From the NCBI GenBank assembly GCA_964247055.1, contig OZ176056.1:4960001-5024000 (forward strand): a DNA stretch of 64,000 bases. The letters are read 5' to 3'. The notes below the pieces were generated by a model, which made no database searches, was not told the DNA's origin, and was given only the letters and a program-made list of their open reading frames with translations. The translations under genes were made by a program, and so were the position numbers. Shown in pieces: positions 12,924-27,020 of this stretch (position 1 is its first letter; every line of letters begins with the position of its first letter). Source of the stretch: Paragordius varius. Its lineage: Eukaryota; Animalia; Nematomorpha.

Positions 12924-14529
12924 CCATGTAATGCGTTATAATTTTGAATTACATCTTCAATCCAGCCCGCCCGTATAATCAGTTTTACAAATATTATTGC
13001 TTTTGAAGAACGTTCCTGAAAACGTGGAGTCTTTTCAGTTTCTCTAATATTTTTTTTTAAAATTTCTTATGAATGTGCCCACGGTGAGCGTTTCCTAAAA
13101 TAGCCTATATCTCCACTTAATGTACCAAATACTCAATTTTTCCGAAAACATCGAGAAACTTTCCGATTCAATAGTTTTATTTTTTATAATTAGAATTTCG
13201 CCGGGGTTTATGTCATTTTTTAAAATGCCCACTCCCCATCGGGACGGTGTCAGAATAATTACAAATCAATCACTCGGTTCCGTCCCGCTCATCTAATATA
13301 AGAGTTTTCAAAAATATACCTTATTAACTCGGCAGGTGTCAGATTCATTAACATTTTTTAAATGTTTTACAAATGCGCTGAATGTACCTATACCCTACCC
13401 CTTTAAATTAATCAATCAGTTCCGCCGCGCCTATTCAAAATAAGAGCTTTCGAGATAAATATCTTTGAAGCAACTCGGAAAAAAGTACTTTAATTTATGG
13501 ATTGTTTTATAAGTGTGAATGTGACTAAGGCCCCTTAAATTAACTCCTAAGCTACGCCTCGCCCATATAAAAATAAGAGTGTTTTAAAAAATACAGCTTT
13601 GAACCAACTCTGTAAATGCGGAGGCCTCTTAAGTTTTTTTAATTTTTTAAAAAGTTAAACGAATCCGCCAGAGACTGTTTTACTTTGCTGAATTAATATT
13701 TCAGTTTTGGTCCATTAGCAATTTTAAAGGGATGCTTGTTCCCTTTCCTTAGGGTATTTTTTTGATATTTTACGTCACCCTCGTTGATTTAGCCTTCGTA
13801 TTGTTTCTCGGCGCTCTCCTCTATGAAATTTAGATTTTTTAAATATTGTGATTAAACCATGTTTCCAAAAAACATGATAGCCCATTCGAATCTAGGGCTC
13901 ATGATGGTTGAGCTCTTTTTGAATTTCTGTTGCCCTACCCCGTGTTTTTGAAAAAAATATAACTTGAAATAATTTACCAGAAAACGTATAGGCCCCTTTC
14001 GAATTCAAAAGTATCATTTTATAATTTTATTAATAGGCTAAGGGTGAGCCATTTTTGAATCGACCGTGAGTTCTATTCCACCCGTAAAAAATATTGGATA
14101 AAGTATTATTTGAAGCAGTTTGCCACCAATATAACATATGAATATATAATTCTACTAATTATTTGTCATATTAGGTTTAAAGGTGAAGATTAGATTAATT
14201 TTAATTTAAATAGAAAATCAGACTCTTTAAAATACTCCCTTATATAAAGATCAACGTTGCTTGAATGCAATTTTCTTAAACACTTTTGGGATAAATATGA
14301 ATTAAATAATAAATTTTCTGCATAAACGAAAATTTAAGTTGGTACAATATATATACAAACCCCTAGGTTAGGGTTCACCATAGATTTTTTTTTAAATTTC
14401 ATATTATTTTAAATTGTAATTATTAAGTAATGCGACTTAAAGGGTATATGCATATTTTAAATTTTGTCCAGTGTCATAAATATTTTTCGAATACATATAA
14501 CAATCAGTAAGATCAAATGTCTGCCTTTA

Positions 14530-14903
14530 CAAAGGTATCTAACACAAATGGCTTCGCTGACCGCATTTCGGCCTAGAAAACTCGGCGGGATGCATTTCAA
14601 AAATATCATGGCGTAAATATTTTAGTTTTTCATAAGACTGAAAAAATAATAAAAAAATATATAACTTTATTGATTTTTGCTAGCTCGCTGCTAATTTAAA
14701 AGACTTATTCAGATTTATTACTAAGCTTTTGTGCATGTATTTTTCAAATTGTGGAATTTTTATCTATTTGGTAATTTTTCAGCTTTTGTAGGATGCACAT
14801 AAAATCTCGGAGAGCCGCGTTTTTTGACACCTCTTCTTTAATTATCTCAGAAAGAGCCTAATACGATGCCTGAATTTTATTAGAGGTATCAAGGGACGCC
14901 CTG
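14530..14903 (+). mobile_element. hAT-type MITE (related copies end at 15764 and lie at about 41440-41733 and 42868-43145)
   Basis: CA(A/G)GG-type termini and a shared subterminal motif aaatggcttcgcgggccgcattt, typical of Charlie-like hAT ends. Confidence 0.6.
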
Positions 14904-16539
14904 TGCTGGTACCGGTAGCGGTCATCAGCTGACCATATACTTAATATTAATTCGGCCATGCAAATAAATATAAAGCATCAATTTAAAAAAAATTGCAACA
15001 AATATATATAATAAACTGAGAGTAATTAAACTCGAGATCTATAGTCGTATGGTTTATTTTTTAAATTATACGGCTAATAATACCTTATTTGAGACTTTTA
15101 TAAAAAAATTAAATTCTACAAAATTTTTTTACAGTTTTATTTTGTGCATAGAAAGTCATCACCAAAAATCAAATGTTTAATGACATAACAAGAATCAAAA
15201 GGATGACTTGAAAAGTTATTTGCAAAAAATGGATGAGTGCTTGTATTCTAATGCCTAAAACTCTAATTTCTTAAATATTATTCTTTTCCATACTTGGAAA
15301 CAAATAATATATTTTATTCTTTAGAGAAATTTTCTTAAATAATCCAAAATATCAAAGTTTAACATTCGTAAAAATTAAAAAAACCAAAATTATACTTGCA
15401 GAAAAAAGCTTCACAAGAATCCATAGCTAGAAAATAAATAGTTCCAGCTACTAATGTAAATCGCATTTTCAAAATTATCATTACGCCGATAAACTCGCAT
15501 CTTTTACTAGCATATTTACGATGCTGAAAGATTTATTAATATTAAAAATATTAATTTTTACCAATACCCAAAAACAGAGGTTTCTAACATGTTTATAAAT
15601 AAGTCTATCCAATTGGCAAACAACTGGTTCTATTGTGCTTGAATTTTAAAGTCTTATGTCTCAATACTACATACTAAGAAGGCTCAAATATATTTAATGT
15701 GGGGCTCTCCGTTTTCTTAAGTCAAAAATATGGCCCACGAAGCCATTTGGTTTGGAGGTCCCTGATATAAATCAAACCGCCGAATTACTACCTGCACCAC
15801 TGCTGAAAATGTATTCCACAAGTATTTAAGCGCCAAATCCCTCTATTTAATTTGAAATCCTGTTGTTAAAACTGCTATAACATCCAAAACTTTACAAGGC
15901 ATATTCACAAAATTTGTTTAAATTTTTTTTTATATTCCATTTTTAGGAATTCACGGAAAAATTTATCATACGCCAAACAACTTACAATTCAAAACTATAT
16001 AAACAGCAAAATCGATCATACAGCATATCAAAATATATGTTAGGACTCAGCTAAGGTAAATAAATATATGGGAGTTAAAACAAACCGTTTCGGTTTTTCA
16101 AATTTGTGATTCCGAGTCAAGGGATTTTTGCAAAAAGTTATATAATATTTTATTTATTCTAGAAGATCTTTAACTAGGAAATCTAGAGATATCAAAGCGT
16201 TTGAGAATCAGAAAATCAAAATAATGCAAAACCACACTCTTGAACAAAATGAAGCTACGCAATGTGTGAAGATAGGGGTATGCGGGTAGTCCATTTAAAC
16301 CTTAACCACGACTCATATTATCTCTGATAAACATTTTATAAAATCGACAAATTATAGATTTAGCTGATATTGAGAGCGAACTTCCTAATTTTTCCATTTT
16401 AACAACTGTGAAATAAGTTTGAGTTGGTGTTTATATAATTAATTAGAGGCATTATTTTAGTTTTATTTAAATATGATGAGGGTGACGCTCTTTTTAAAAA
16501 CAAAATAATATAAATAAAAACTTTAATTTTTATATGTGA

Positions 16540-17457
16540 AATATGAAATTTTTTACCCTTTTAAAATAATAAAATTATCTTTAATATATGCTAGATTATG
16601 GAATCAAAAAACATATTTTCGAAAAAATTTATAATTGGTTCAAAAATTTTATTTTCAAAATGTTGCAGCTCACTTCATACCATTTTGAGTGGTAACGGTA
16701 TAAAAACACTAAAATATATTAAAATACACTTTTTCTATATGATTTGATGATGAACATATCTATAACTCAAATTTGTTAAGAAATTTGTTCGCCCCAAATT
16801 TGTATTAAATATTAAATGTTTTTTTCACCAAAATTTCAACGTTAACTTTTAAATTTAAATCTGAAGCGAAAGAATGTTTAGTTCCTTAAATTAATAGAAA
16901 GTAACTTAAAGCAGTTCTATACTTTTTTTATCATGCAATAGTGTAAATTAAGGTAACAAAATTTTGCTCAAAATTTAATTTTAAAAAAATTAGCCATTTT
17001 TTATAAATATGTTTTTTTTAATTTCATAATCTAATTTTTTTTATAGCGCAACAGAATGTGTTGATTTTAAGAGAACTAGACATTTTGGAGGGCCAAAAAA
17101 TTTGGGACTTCTGGAGCCCACATCTAAAAATTTAAATTTTTGTCTAAGAATTGTTTTTAAATTTATATATCATAACATATGTTTTAATGTTGTAATAAGA
17201 AATAAGTTTACCAAAATTTTTTATCAAACATATTGCGCGCTAATTAATTTTACGATATCAAGTTGACACAAAGGTGCAAATATATTTCTTATATCACAGA
17301 TAAGCCCAAAAACTAAAATCACTATGAGAATCCTGATGCATTTTATCAAAATATATACCTTTGATACGCATTAAACTCATTGCTTATTTTTTGATTTTAG
17401 CTCTATCCAATAATAAATAATTAATTAACATTTTTGGCGTACACTGTGTAATCTGTG
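16540..17457. mobile_element. Foldback element copy of the CACAGTG-ended family
   Basis: Core gggacttctggagcccacatcta at about 17104, end ...gtacactgtg. The left boundary is approximate. Confidence 0.6.
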
Positions 17458-17585
17458 TACAACACATAGATATAGTAAGATTAATTAAAAATAAATCATT
17501 ATTTAGAAAGTAAAACTTAACCCTTACGACAATTTATACCAATATCCCCATGATTGTTATTTAATTAAGGGATAATTTGATATAT

Positions 17586-19091
17586 TTATTTACATTTAAT
17601 TTTAACTAATTGCCAAAAATAATGGCGATACACGGTATTAAAAATTAAGTTAAGATAAAATAAAGAATTAACATACAAATGTTGTAGGATATAAAGACAT
17701 GTGTAACTCATACGTATATTTTCTTTTGACTTTTTTTGAATAATCATGATGGTTAACTCAAAAACAGTCATTGGCATCAAAAAACAAAAAAATTGTATGA
17801 AAAATATTATGAGCGTTGAAAAACTTTTGTGAATTTCTCGATTTATTCTATCGATTCGCGCTTGACTAGGGGTGCTAAAAGTATCCCTATTGTTTTGAGG
17901 TTTCGGTACCACTTTTGGATTATGAATATTATTTTTTTTGGATTTTTTGAAACCGCTAGATATGACTGGAATTGGTTTTCGCAAAATATTATCTCCATTT
18001 TGTACACCCAGCAGGGCATATTCAACATCCCCAAAAACGCTTAAATTATTGGAATACGCACTTCTCTTAAGACTAAAATTTCCCAATTCTCGTAGTTTTT
18101 TTATAGCTAAAATTTTGACTATCACAACTAGGATAAATGGTATTATTCTTGAAAATATTATAGATAAAATATAGTATAAGGGTACATATATGTTTTGAGG
18201 GTATTTGTAGGATCGATATCGATAAGTATATGTAAAGTTAATAGTTATATTTTTTGAATGAGGCGTTTCAATGGGTTCAAGATACCTGTTATCAAACCAA
18301 TTTTTACAAGAAGCAAATTTTGTATTTGTTATACCAGCCATTCCCATTACATATGGTTTAAACACTATATTTACCTGCTGTAAGTCCAAAAATGTAAAAG
18401 AGGTTATGTTACATATTAAACTGAGAAATATAGCTATCCCAATCCCAATTTCATAATTTCGTTTGGAGCATATGGTTCTGTAGTTAAAGGGAAAAGCTAT
18501 TGCTACACATTGATCACAAACGTACAATATAGCCAGTAAAAAACTAAGCTCTATCATGAAAGCGTTAATGAGTGAGCATCCATAGTATATAAATTTGTCC
18601 CAAACCAATAGATTTACTTTGGCTAATACAGGAACTCGTATACATTTAAATAAGAATGGATACTGAATTATGCGATTCCTTTTGCCGACAGGCAAAATGG
18701 TTGGATTTTTTTGCAAACCAAAAGCCTGCCTACCCCCATACATAACGGGGACTGTTCCATTTTCATATTTTTGGTATTGATACAAATATGTTAACATGTT
18801 TGCCAGCTCATTATTGTGAAACATGTAATAGGCATATTGATCCACCATATTATCAATGATAAAGCAAAGGATTGCTATCAAAGAAACCATTAAATTAATG
18901 ATGAATACAGCTGTGAAAAGTTTATTGCCAATGGTTTTGTTGAAGTGAGCCCGTTTTAGATTTGTATGAGAATTAGTTCCAAAATTAATGACTTTATGGT
19001 AGTTTCTGTTTATCCAGATACCCATACTATTTCCAATAATGCTTGTAACAATATTAGCCACACCAACCCCAAAGGGCAAAAAAACATTCAT
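17586..19091 (-). CDS. Intronless class-A (rhodopsin-like, peptide-receptor type) GPCR, 501 aa, nested in a RhoGAP intron
   Basis: Seven hydrophobic segments. TM1 GN, TM2 INLMVS, TM3 DQCVAIAFPFNY (variant of DRY.AI..P..Y), TM5 RIIPFILV, TM6 FFCFLMP, TM7 NSLFYLNLIFNTVYR. Long uninterrupted ORF. Confidence 0.85.
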   Translation of the reverse strand: MNVFLPFGVGVANIVTSIIGNSMGIWINRNYHKVINFGTNSHTNLKRAHFNKTIGNKLFTAVFIINLMVSLIAILCFIIDNMVDQYAYYMFHNNELANMLTYLYQYQKYENGTVPVMYGGRQAFGLQKNPTILPVGKRNRIIQYPFLFKCIRVPVLAKVNLLVWDKFIYYGCSLINAFMIELSFLLAILYVCDQCVAIAFPFNYRTICSKRNYEIGIGIAIFLSLICNITSFTFLDLQQVNIVFKPYVMGMAGITNTKFASCKNWFDNRYLEPIETPHSKNITINFTYTYRYRSYKYPQNIYVPLYYILSIIFSRIIPFILVVIVKILAIKKLRELGNFSLKRSAYSNNLSVFGDVEYALLGVQNGDNILRKPIPVISSGFKKSKKNNIHNPKVVPKPQNNRDTFSTPSQARIDRINREIHKSFSTLIIFFIQFFCFLMPMTVFELTIMIIQKKSKENIRMSYTCLYILQHLYVNSLFYLNLIFNTVYRHYFWQLVKIKCK

Positions 19092-19919
19092 TGTTTTAAA
19101 GCATGTAAGAACTTAATTATTATCGATTCTACATACCATAAAATGAGATAATTAATTAGTTAAGTTGATTGATACCATTGATTTTTAATTAATTTTAATG
19201 ATCAAAATAATACATCCATAATAATGCCAAGAGTTTAGAGACTGATGATAATATAAATTAATGAAATCCATGAATGTTGAAATTTATAACAAATTAAAAT
19301 AGGTTAGTTTTGTCCGTTTTTACTTGATATTGCATTTTAAAGAAATAACTAACCTCTTTTAAAATTTAATATCATGATAATTTTTATCCTGTTAATAGGG
19401 ATATAATATATCTGAGTAATATTATTTTTTCAGGTCTTCGAAACGGAACCGCATGGATCCTGAACCTGATTCCTTAGATATTCAGTAGGGTTCCGTTGAG
19501 ATGGAACCAACCTGGTAAACGGTGATCCTTCCTAAACCGCCACAGTTTCAGTTCCAAAGTTTTAGGAACCGCCCCAATATCATTTAAAATTCTTAAGAAC
19601 CAGCCCGGTTCCGGTCCCACCTCCAAAATAAATGGTTCCCATATGGATTTATTTTTTAAAAATAAATATATAGTTTAAAATATTATTTAAATAAAAACAT
19701 TTTTCTATTTTCCCATCATGGCCATTAATTTGTTGTTTAAATATTTTAAAAAATGATCATATTATATTTATATTGTCTCCAATTGAAATGATGTTACCAT
19801 ATTGAAATTATTCGAATACCTTACTTTTAATATTTTATGACCTTTTAGGGTAGTTTCACTCCCCAAAGCCATTTAAAATTAAAATATATTGAATAATATA
19901 AACATTGGGCCAAAATTAA

Positions 19920-20340
19920 AAATAAATATGCTTTTTTATTTTAGGCGCATGATGGAAAATTTTTTAAAAATGTAAAAAATCCTCCTCTCTAATTTCGCTG
20001 GCCATTTTTTTTTCTTCAATTTTTTTACTTCTCAACACAACAGAAAAATAAATGTATATTATGGCAGAAAAATATAAATAATTAACTTTGAAAAGCTTTC
20101 AAATTACAATCTATTTTGGATATATTACGATATTAAAATCAGCACTTCGTTTCAATCATATTTTGGACACATCTGAATTTGGGACCATAGAAGTTAAAAT
20201 ACTATAATTCTAAGTTATTATCTAATACAGGAGAAAAAGGGTTTAATAATTTAGTTTAATCAAAACAACTTTAAAAAACTAGTTTGTGTACTACTTTCCA
20301 AATATAATCGCGTACAAAAAACAAAAATGTAATGAAGTGT
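19920..20340 (+). repeat. Interspersed non-autonomous element (copies at about 2480-2890 -, 49260-49600 +, 62480-62790 -)
   Basis: Shared ordered motifs TTTTAGGCG, CAACAG..AAATAAATG, AAGCTTTC, GTTTCAATCAT and CAGGAGAA. Confidence 0.65.
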
Positions 20341-21140
20341 TAAGATGAGGACCACAGACATATCTGATTACCTAATTTTTTTAATCTTTAAAACTAAGAA
20401 CATTTACTTCATAAATTAATGAATCTGGTAAAAAACCATAACTATAACGTCCATTATCAATTATTCAGAACGGAAAAAAATGAGCCACACTATGTATCAT
20501 TGCTTCCGCAAGAGACCTTTAAGATTTTGGCCAAATTTTAATATTGTGTCATGTAAGGTTATAGCGGTACATATTACGGCTCACAACATACAAAAAATTT
20601 TCCACGATAGATTTTATATCTTTAGATCTCATAACGACTGAATTGCTTGGCACAATAATTTTTAAAGTTTAACAAAGATTTTCTCCATAGATGCGATAAA
20701 TATTATTAACCACCTTTGTACACGCATAAGCTAAAAATTTGCTGTTATTATATTTAATAATAATCCTAAACGCAAAACCTTATTTATCAAGATTTGAATT
20801 TTTCAGAACGTACTTTGGTGAAGAGTGATTATGCTGTAAAATATTTTATTATTTATTTAAACTATCATACAATTCTATATAAATCACGTTAAAAAATGTG
20901 CTTTATATCTAGGAAATTCGGAGGTCATTTGCACCTTATGTGAAGCGTATAATCCTTTTATATCATGCGGACTTTAAAACCTTTTTCACACAACTTTTTA
21001 ACTTGAATCAGTATCGATACAGATAGTCAGAATGTAAATTGGTTTTTACCGCCTCCTTTTGTATATATATTAACTTATTTTTATAGAAATATTTATTTCA
21101 TTTATTTTAATAACCATTCGAGATGAGAAATTGATAAAAC

Positions 21141-21396
21141 TTTAGTATTAAAATTTTGGTTGCATTATAACTTTCCTTGCTGTTGTAAATTGCTGTGATC
21201 ATACAACGCGATGTGTGGAGTATCCATGCAAAATTATTTATATCCAATTCTTTCTTAGTATTAACAGATTTAGTTTGACCTTCGAAAGACTCATACGAAT
21301 TTAGCCATAAAAACCCATCGTTTGTTTTGTCCAACAATTTATAAGGCATTTTATTTATCAGTATCGTGGCTGAGGGACTTTGTTTGTCCTTTAATA
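21141..21396 (-). CDS. Probable RhoGAP gene exon upstream of the GAP domain (LKDKQSPSAT...NATKILILK)
   Basis: Acceptor atttcaag, donor GTTTTA. 256 nt, phase 1 to 2, which matches the phase-2 start of exon 4970 and joins as ILILK-HPYENY. Lies inside ORF 21107..21448. Confidence 0.7.
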
Positions 21397-22099
21397 CTTG
21401 AAATAGTATGAAGATCTCAATTAACCGTGTTTTACAATGAGGAAACAATACAAATTTAGCCCATTATTTTATCATTTATAATTTAATGTATTAGTGGTAA
21501 AACGTATTCGGTAAATTATGAAATAAATTAAATGTAAGTACAATCGTTGGAAATGAATGAAAATAATAAATTTTTATATGTGTTTAGAATAATGTGACCA
21601 GATAGGCTGTTTTTCGCAGTACAGTACTGGGTTTTCTAAAAAAGCTGCGCCTGTACTGCGCCCACTTTTGTACTGCTTTTTGAAATAAAAAATAATATTA
21701 TATCCATTTATTTATTCAAAAAAAATATTTACAATATATAGTACCCTCTTTAAAAATAACCACATAATTTGTAAAGAAATGGTTCATTTTGCGGTAAAAA
21801 CTATAAAATTGGGTTTTGGATCGGTCAAACCGCTTAAAATTACAGCCTTTCGCGCAGTGGCGAAACTATAATCGCGGACTCAACCGTAAGATTCAGGCTG
21901 ATGGCTCTTTTACTCAGGGCTTCCGCAAAAAGAGGTGCCTCAAAATTTAAATTAGCAAAATTAATTTATGATATTTTAATAAATGTTCGATCACGTTTAC
22001 AAAATTTTTTTGTTATATCATCAAGCGGAAAATTGTTATTCCCGTAACATATTATATAAAATTTATTATATATGGCATATGATTACGAAATAACCTTTT

Positions 22100-22980
22100 T
22101 TTCTCTATTTAAAAAATTTATAGTTTTTACGTCTATAGTCATTAGGTGGGAGTTATGATATTTCTTACTAAACTTTAATTTTTTTCTTATTTTTTTTGAA
22201 TAAATAAATTCGAGATGATTTGTTGAAGCGTACTTCAAACTATTTTGAAGCATGATCGAATAGGTATAACGCTTTATGATATAATAAAAACCATTTTCTA
22301 AATAATTCGATGATGTTGAACATTACTATAGGTAAAGAATTTGAATTTTAAAAGTTCGTTTGCTTGCAAATTTTGGAGAATTTTTGTAATAAAATACAAT
22401 TTTTATTTAACATTAAAAACTAACGGATATTTTAATTCTGAGTGAGAAAAATGTTTAGCATTGAATTATATATATAAATGGTATAACATCTCAACTTTTT
22501 ATATCGTTTCCATCAATAGTATGAAGTGCGCTTCATCAAAATTTTGCTAAAAATTTAATTTTGAAAGTATGCATTTTTTAAAAAATATATTTAGCCGATA
22601 TCAAAATTTTGCATATATTTAAAATTATTGCACAATGTCGGAATTTTTGCGTTTTTATAACAGTTCATTTTAAAAGAGCCAAAAAAATTCGGACTTTCAG
22701 AGCCCACATCTAAAAATTTAAAATTTTTAAAATATTGTTTTGCTTATATGTAGTTTATGTTATATTTTAGTGATATCTTTTGAAATAAGGCATTTAGCTT
22801 ACACCAAAAAATATATTTGAAAAAATTACGCACCTTTTGCAATTTTATACGAAGCACTTATCACAAAAATGTAAAAAACTTTCTTTAATAACTCGTAGAG
22901 GTTAACCAAAAGCACCATGATAATCCTGATATCATATCAGAATATATATATTTCAAGGATATTTTTTTGTGGAAACTGTG
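22100..22980. mobile_element. Foldback element copy of the CACAGTG-ended family
   Basis: Core ggactttcagagcccacatcta at about 22691, end ...aaactgtg. The left boundary is approximate. Confidence 0.6.
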
Positions 22981-23063
22981 TTATACCGCACCGATGTTGT
23001 AAAAACAGGCAAAGTATGTTTAAATTTTGTACTGAAAGTTCAAAATATCTGGTCACATTAGTT

Positions 23064-25640
23064 TAGAAGCTAGTCGCGTAGCGACTCTTAGCTTTCTCAT
23101 AAATAGGTGTTTTTCTCTAGACGATCTTGTGAGTTTCGGATTAATTGTAAGACGGTAAGGCTAGTAACTGATTTAATCATATCAAGAAACCGCTTTTTAA
23201 AGCGGCCTCATTCTTGAGACCCATTGACCAACTCAAGTAAAATGTTTTTTTCCAGGGAATCGGATTGAAGGATGTGGTCCAAATATTTCAATTGCTTGTA
23301 TATCATCAGATCATAGAGTAAAAAGTCTGGCTTAAGGATGTTTAGTATATATGAATTGGAGATGTGGGTATTCCAAGATATACCCAAAATTTTGCGTAGG
23401 CACCACATTTGAAATGAGTTTATGAGGGCTTTGTCAGTGGATGTACAATCGCATGACTCAGACCCGCAAATACCAAGGGAACAAATTATCGCTTTTAGGA
23501 TAGCTGATTTGATATTCTTATTACCGGAGAGTTCCGAATTAACAATTTGCCCATGGTAGCGCGCCCTAAAGCAAGCCGTGCTTGTATATCTGGATCTGAA
23601 CTGCCAGATGCAATTATTGAACCATACTTGCAATGATCGGTTAAGTCGATAGAGTAGGAATCGAGTGATATTAGTATCTGGGGGGATTGAGGATAATTAG
23701 TTTAGATTTAGATTAATTTAGCTTCAGACCCACCAAATTTGATTCGACAGTAAGTCTATTTAAGATAGAAATCGTGTCCGGATTAGATTCCGTCAATAGA
23801 ACCGTATCATCAGCAGAGCTGAAATCGCAGTAAGAGCAGCAATGCGCGCTCCAATATGTTGAGGAAATTGACCATTGCGAATTAATGTTACTGTGTTTAT
23901 ATTTAACAGGAGGGGAGCTTAGATTATAACAATTGCAACAAAAGCAATAGTGTGAGTAAACTCCGTGAGATTGTAAAATCTTTCAAGTTGTGGTTGACTG
24001 TGTCAAATGCCATACTGAAATCCAAAAAAACACACAAACTTTTGCCAAATTCATTATATCTCTGAATTATAGTATAAATATTGACTATATGATTTGTAGG
24101 GTTTCACTTGATCTGAAGCCAGCACATGAGTAATTTCATAATCAAAAATGGAAATTCTTTTGAGTATTATCTTAATAAAAATTTTAGATAGTTTGTTGGT
24201 GAAAGCTATCATTCGATATTTCCGACAGTAACGAGGGTTGCCTTTTTTAAAGAACGGAAGGAGTAAAGATTTGACCCAGTCGTCAGGCCAATTGTGGGAT
24301 ACAAGACATTTGCAAAAGATTTTTTAAATAATTAATCAAAATAAAGAGAAGCTCCAAATTCTTCCCAATGTTTAATTAAATCATGTGGTTAATATTTCGT
24401 TGTCGTGGTTGCTGATGCTTCCCATATTGAGGGAGCTATGAGGGACTAACATATGTAATTTTTGGTATATATTGTGGCCTTTGGCGTTAACAAGTTCTAA
24501 ATGTTTAAAAATCGCAAGATAATCATTGATGTCGCTTCTGGATTGTCTTTTGAATTGTGAACTTAGAATACGGTATTCAGTAAAATTGTTGTTGATTTTG
24601 GCCAATCTACGTTAGTTCGCTAGAATCGTACGAGAGCCGCGAATTAAATTAATGTTGTGGTTGAAGTGGAAAATGTTTGGGAATCGATTCGTTGATTACT
24701 GTTATAGTCCAAAGCCAATGGTCGTTGATGTCCAGATTGTTTATGTTGACGCGAAGGATAGTATTCAATTGGAATTAAATTTCATTGGCCACATTGAAAA
24801 AGTCGAAGGGTTTATTACTTTATTGGCGTAATTGAGCTTTTAGCTTTAACTTAAGGTTAATTGCTGAAGGTTAAAATCGGAGTCTATTACGATTTCTGGA
24901 AAGGTTTTGGCTCCTATGATGCATTTTAATCATTTTTGTTGAATAATGAATTCAATTTGGTAAAGGGTGTTTTTTGGGGAAAACCGAGTATATTCTTTTG
25001 AGGGGAACATCAAAGAATGTCTTGGTAAAAGCCAGTTTGAGGTCGACACAAAATTCAATCAATTTGTCGCCACAAAGATTCTTTTACCAATTCCAAAACC
25101 ATCAGAGACATCACGTTCGATCTCACAACCAAGGGTGGCGTTGAAATCACCTGAGATGATATTCATTTCGTTCTTGCTGCAGATTCAAAATATGTTATGG
25201 AGCCGAGAGTAGAACTTATCAATTTTGTCGTCCTAGGAATTACTGGGAGATGCATATGCATGAATCAAATTAAGTTTGAGTGGAAGCGTATTGAATGTCA
25301 TTTTGATAATTCTGTCGTTAATAAAATTTGGTTGGTCAGTGAATAAAAGATTTGTAAATCATTATGCCTATACCATATGTTCTATAGCTGGAATTGCCTG
25401 AATAATATAAAATATAGATTTTGTCGATAATGAAACCATTGCTCTTCAAGTGAGTGTCAGATAGCCCCAAGATCGGGATTCTGTGTTTCATATCTAGCTG
25501 GAGAAGTCTGAACTTATCCAGTGGATGACCATGTGCCTAACTTGAGAATGTATGAAATTCGGATGAATCATTCGATCGACGAAGATGAAAACACAATTAT
25601 GAGAGGGTTTGATATGATGTACAAAAAAAAATAGAAAGTG
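23064..25640 (-). mobile_element. RTE-clade LINE remnant
   Basis: C-terminal motif GSESCD...FQMWCLRKILGISWNTHISN (RTE consensus YGSE.W...FEMWC.RRIL.ISW), endonuclease-like fragments at the 5' side, 3' end GCTAAGAGTCGC..GCTAGCTTCT. Confidence 0.75.
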
Positions 25641-25799
25641 AATACGGAAATAATAGATAATAATGAATGATGATTAAAAATTATAGAAGTGATTAAAGTG
25701 ATTAATTAATATAATTTATATAAGGGTCTACAATCAAGATATAATGGGTACGATCCTTCTCCATCTTGATCATATAGACCTAACAAAAATTTATCTTTA

Positions 25800-27020
25800 G
25801 ATGATTAAAAATCACGCTAGCTAACTCGCCGTAGTTTTGCCACTGCCCTCATCTCGGTCAGAACCATTGAATTTGCATATACCGATAAACTATCTATTAT
25901 CCCTAAATTAATACTCAAAAGGATCTCAATTACGCTAGATTATGAAATATTTGTACAAGCTGGCTTTAGATCAAGGCGACTACAAATCATATAGTTACTT
26001 TTAATACTATAATTCAAAGGTGCAATGAATTAAAAGTTTGTGCCGCTGTTAAGATTATGTCGCTTTCGAAGTTAATCACACCTGTAATGAAATATTTTGC
26101 AATCTTCATTTCTACTCACATAATACTTTGGTCACAATCGTTTATACTAGCAAACAGCTGCAATTATAAACCAATACGGTCCCATTGATGAATATCCTAT
26201 CCTTAGAGGTGTGAGACAAAACTGTGTCCCTTATCCCTTCCATTTGTTCACAAAAACTTTAATGCAAATTTTTATTTTCTACAACATATTGGAGCCCGGT
26301 CTTTGCAATCTTGGTATGCCGACACGGTTCTATTGATAGCATCTCATCCGACATTATTTATTTCATGAGTAGACTCATCATCGAAGCAATTTAGATGGGT
26401 CTGATGAACCCTTCTTCTATAATGATAATTAACACCCCCAGTTCCCATTAATATTTCATGATTATTCTATTGACTTAACTGAGCATTGCAAATGTTTATA
26501 ATCTGGCATTGCATTTGACGGCATTTTGGATCCCGACATCCGAAGGCTTGCATTAGGGCGCGCAAAGATGGGCAAACTGTCCAGAATTCGGAATTTTTAG
26601 GTCATCTCCAAACTAGCAATCCTAAAGACAATGGCCTACCCGTGATATTTACGGGTCTGAACCATGGATGTAAATCTATAAAGCTTGCATCAACTTATTT
26701 CGAATGCGGTGCTTCCGGAAAATTTTGGTTTCATAGATAACCTACATCTCTAATTATAGATTCTTAACTTCATTAAATCTTAATTCTTACTTTACGTTCT
26801 GATAAACTAAAAGACCATTATCAGTCAAATTTTACGATTCGATTCCCTAATTTAAACATTATCTTTGGGTTGGTCGATGTTATCCGCAAAAATAGCAGTC
26901 CCGAAGTTGGGCTGATTTCCTCAAAACAGTTACAAACTTTTCTACAAATAATTAGGGAATCTATTTAATGGATATCGCTCTCTCAGCTAAGAAAGAGTCG
27001 CCATGCTAGCTTCTAATTAA
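25800..27020 (+). mobile_element. Second RTE-clade LINE remnant in the opposite orientation
   Basis: Decayed RT motifs QAGFRS and GVRQ, YGSEPW, and the same 3' terminal motif at about 26985-27015. A further 3' fragment is at about 27399-27445 (-). Confidence 0.65.

Noticed and set aside
19430-19625. GGAACC-rich, GC-elevated patch as a regulatory island for the GPCR
   Set aside because: The repeated motif in both orientations looks like a MITE subterminal array, and nothing supports a promoter role.
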